Positions 62,952 to 64,000 of a DNA stretch of 64,000 nt are shown here, one piece after another. Source of the DNA: Macrostomum lignano (lineage: Eukaryota); contig NIVC01002072.1 in NCBI GenBank assembly GCA_002269645.1, forward strand, positions 12,733 through 76,732, in the 5' to 3' direction. Numbering within the stretch: the first letter of the stretch is position 1; each line of letters starts with the position of its first letter. The translations under genes were made by a program, and so were the position numbers. The notes under the pieces are model-generated. The model was not told the origin of the DNA. It made no database searches and saw nothing but the letters and a program-made list of their open reading frames with translations.

Positions 62952-63908
62952 AGAGAGGTGAGAGAAGAGAGGTGAAGAGAGGGGAGAAGAGGAGAGGTAA
63001 GGGGAGAAGAGAGGTGAAGAGAGGAGAAGAGAGGGGAGAAGAGGAGAGGTAAGGGGAGAAAAGAGGTGAGGAGAGGAGAGGAGAGGAGAGGTGAAGAGAG
63101 GAGAGGAGAGGGGAGGAGAGTGGAGAAGAGGAGAGGAGAGGAGAAGAGAGGTGAAGAGAGGAGAGGAGAGGGAGGAGAGGAGAGGTAAGGGGAGAAAAGA
63201 GGTGAGGAGAGGAGAGGAGAGGAGAAATGAAGAGAGGAGAGGAGAGAGAGGTGAAGAGAGGAGAGAAGAGGAGAGGAGAGGGGAGAAGAGGAGAAGAGAG
63301 ATAGGGAGAGGAGAGGTAAGGAGAGGAGAGGAGAGGGGAGAAGAGGAGAGGAGAGGAGAGGAGAAGAGAGATGTGGAGAGAGAGAGGGAGAGAGAGAAGA
63401 GAGGTGAGGAGAGGAGAAGAGAGGTGAAGAGAGGAGAGATGAAGAGAGGAGAGGAGAAGAGAGGTGAGGAGAGGAGAGGTGAGGAGAGGAGAGGTGAGGA
63501 GAGGAGAGGAAGGGGAGGAGAAGAGGAGAAGAGAGATAGGGAGAGGAGAGGATAAGGAGAGGTGAGGGGAGAAGAGAGGTGAGGAGAGGAGAAGAGAGTG
63601 AGGAGAGGAGAGGGGAGGAGAAGAGAGGTGAGGAGAGGAGAGGAGAGTGAGGAGAAGAGAGGTGAGGAGAGGAGAGAGAGGGGAGGAGAAGAGAGGTGAG
63701 GGGGAGAGGGTGGAGAGAGGAGAGGAGAGGAGAGGAGAGAGAGATGTGGAGAGGAGAGGTGAGGGAGAAGAGAGGTGAGGAGAGGAGAAGAGAGGTGAGG
63801 AGAGGAGAGGGGAGGAGAAGAGAGGTGAGGAGAGGAGAAGAGAGGTGAGGAGAGGAGAGGTGAGGAGAGGAGAGGAGAGGGAGGAGAAGAGAGGTAAGAG
63901 AGGAGAGG
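62952..63908 (+). repeat. About 950-bp polypurine low-complexity tract (GAGAG/GAGGA/GGTGA)
   Basis: Directly visible; no C seen and T is rare. Confidence 0.97.
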
Positions 63909-64000
63909 TAGTGGCCTTGTACTCTACTACTGTTATAGTAAACAGTTAAGCAAATAGGCGAACAGTGAAATTTACGGTGTCAAGACCGCTGTGTCTACAA

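Noticed and set aside
63091-63555. Arg/Glu/Gly-rich protein
   Set aside because: Translation of the polypurine tract.

Overview
Eukaryotic (animal) genomic DNA; no prokaryotic features, rRNA or CRISPR. GC-rich exons with GT-AG introns packed with unrelated tandem repeats resemble a free-living flatworm such as Macrostomum (inference, not verified). I reconstruct five spliced genes. (1) A beta-1,4-galactosyltransferase family gene on the minus strand (17579-22642, 5' end uncertain). (2) PACS on the plus strand (25359-41950, 10 coding exons). (3) A divergent mitochondrial bL27 gene, MRPL27 (44369-45615, +). (4) ATP synthase subunit b, ATP5PB (52529-54211, +, 5' exons uncertain). (5) A two-exon minus-strand gene (57120-61236) for a secreted protein: signal peptide, PAN/apple-like domain, Thr-rich stalk and ALK/LTK-type glycine-rich domain, with no TM or kinase region. 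About 20 different micro/minisatellites make up a large part of the window, and most ORFs in the supplied track are their spurious translations. There are also two CORE-SINE copies, LINE remnants and several MITEs. The strongest unexplained signals are: sharply bounded CpG deserts over gene 5' regions, with a SINE pair recording CpG-to-TpG/CpA decay; one distinct minisatellite inflating almost every internal intron, often with CACCTG/CAGGTG cores; an unexpanded relative of the 7.9-kb satellite's flank; the kinase-less ALK-GRD mucin; and a two-tier inverted repeat in its intron. All alignments and counts were done by eye.
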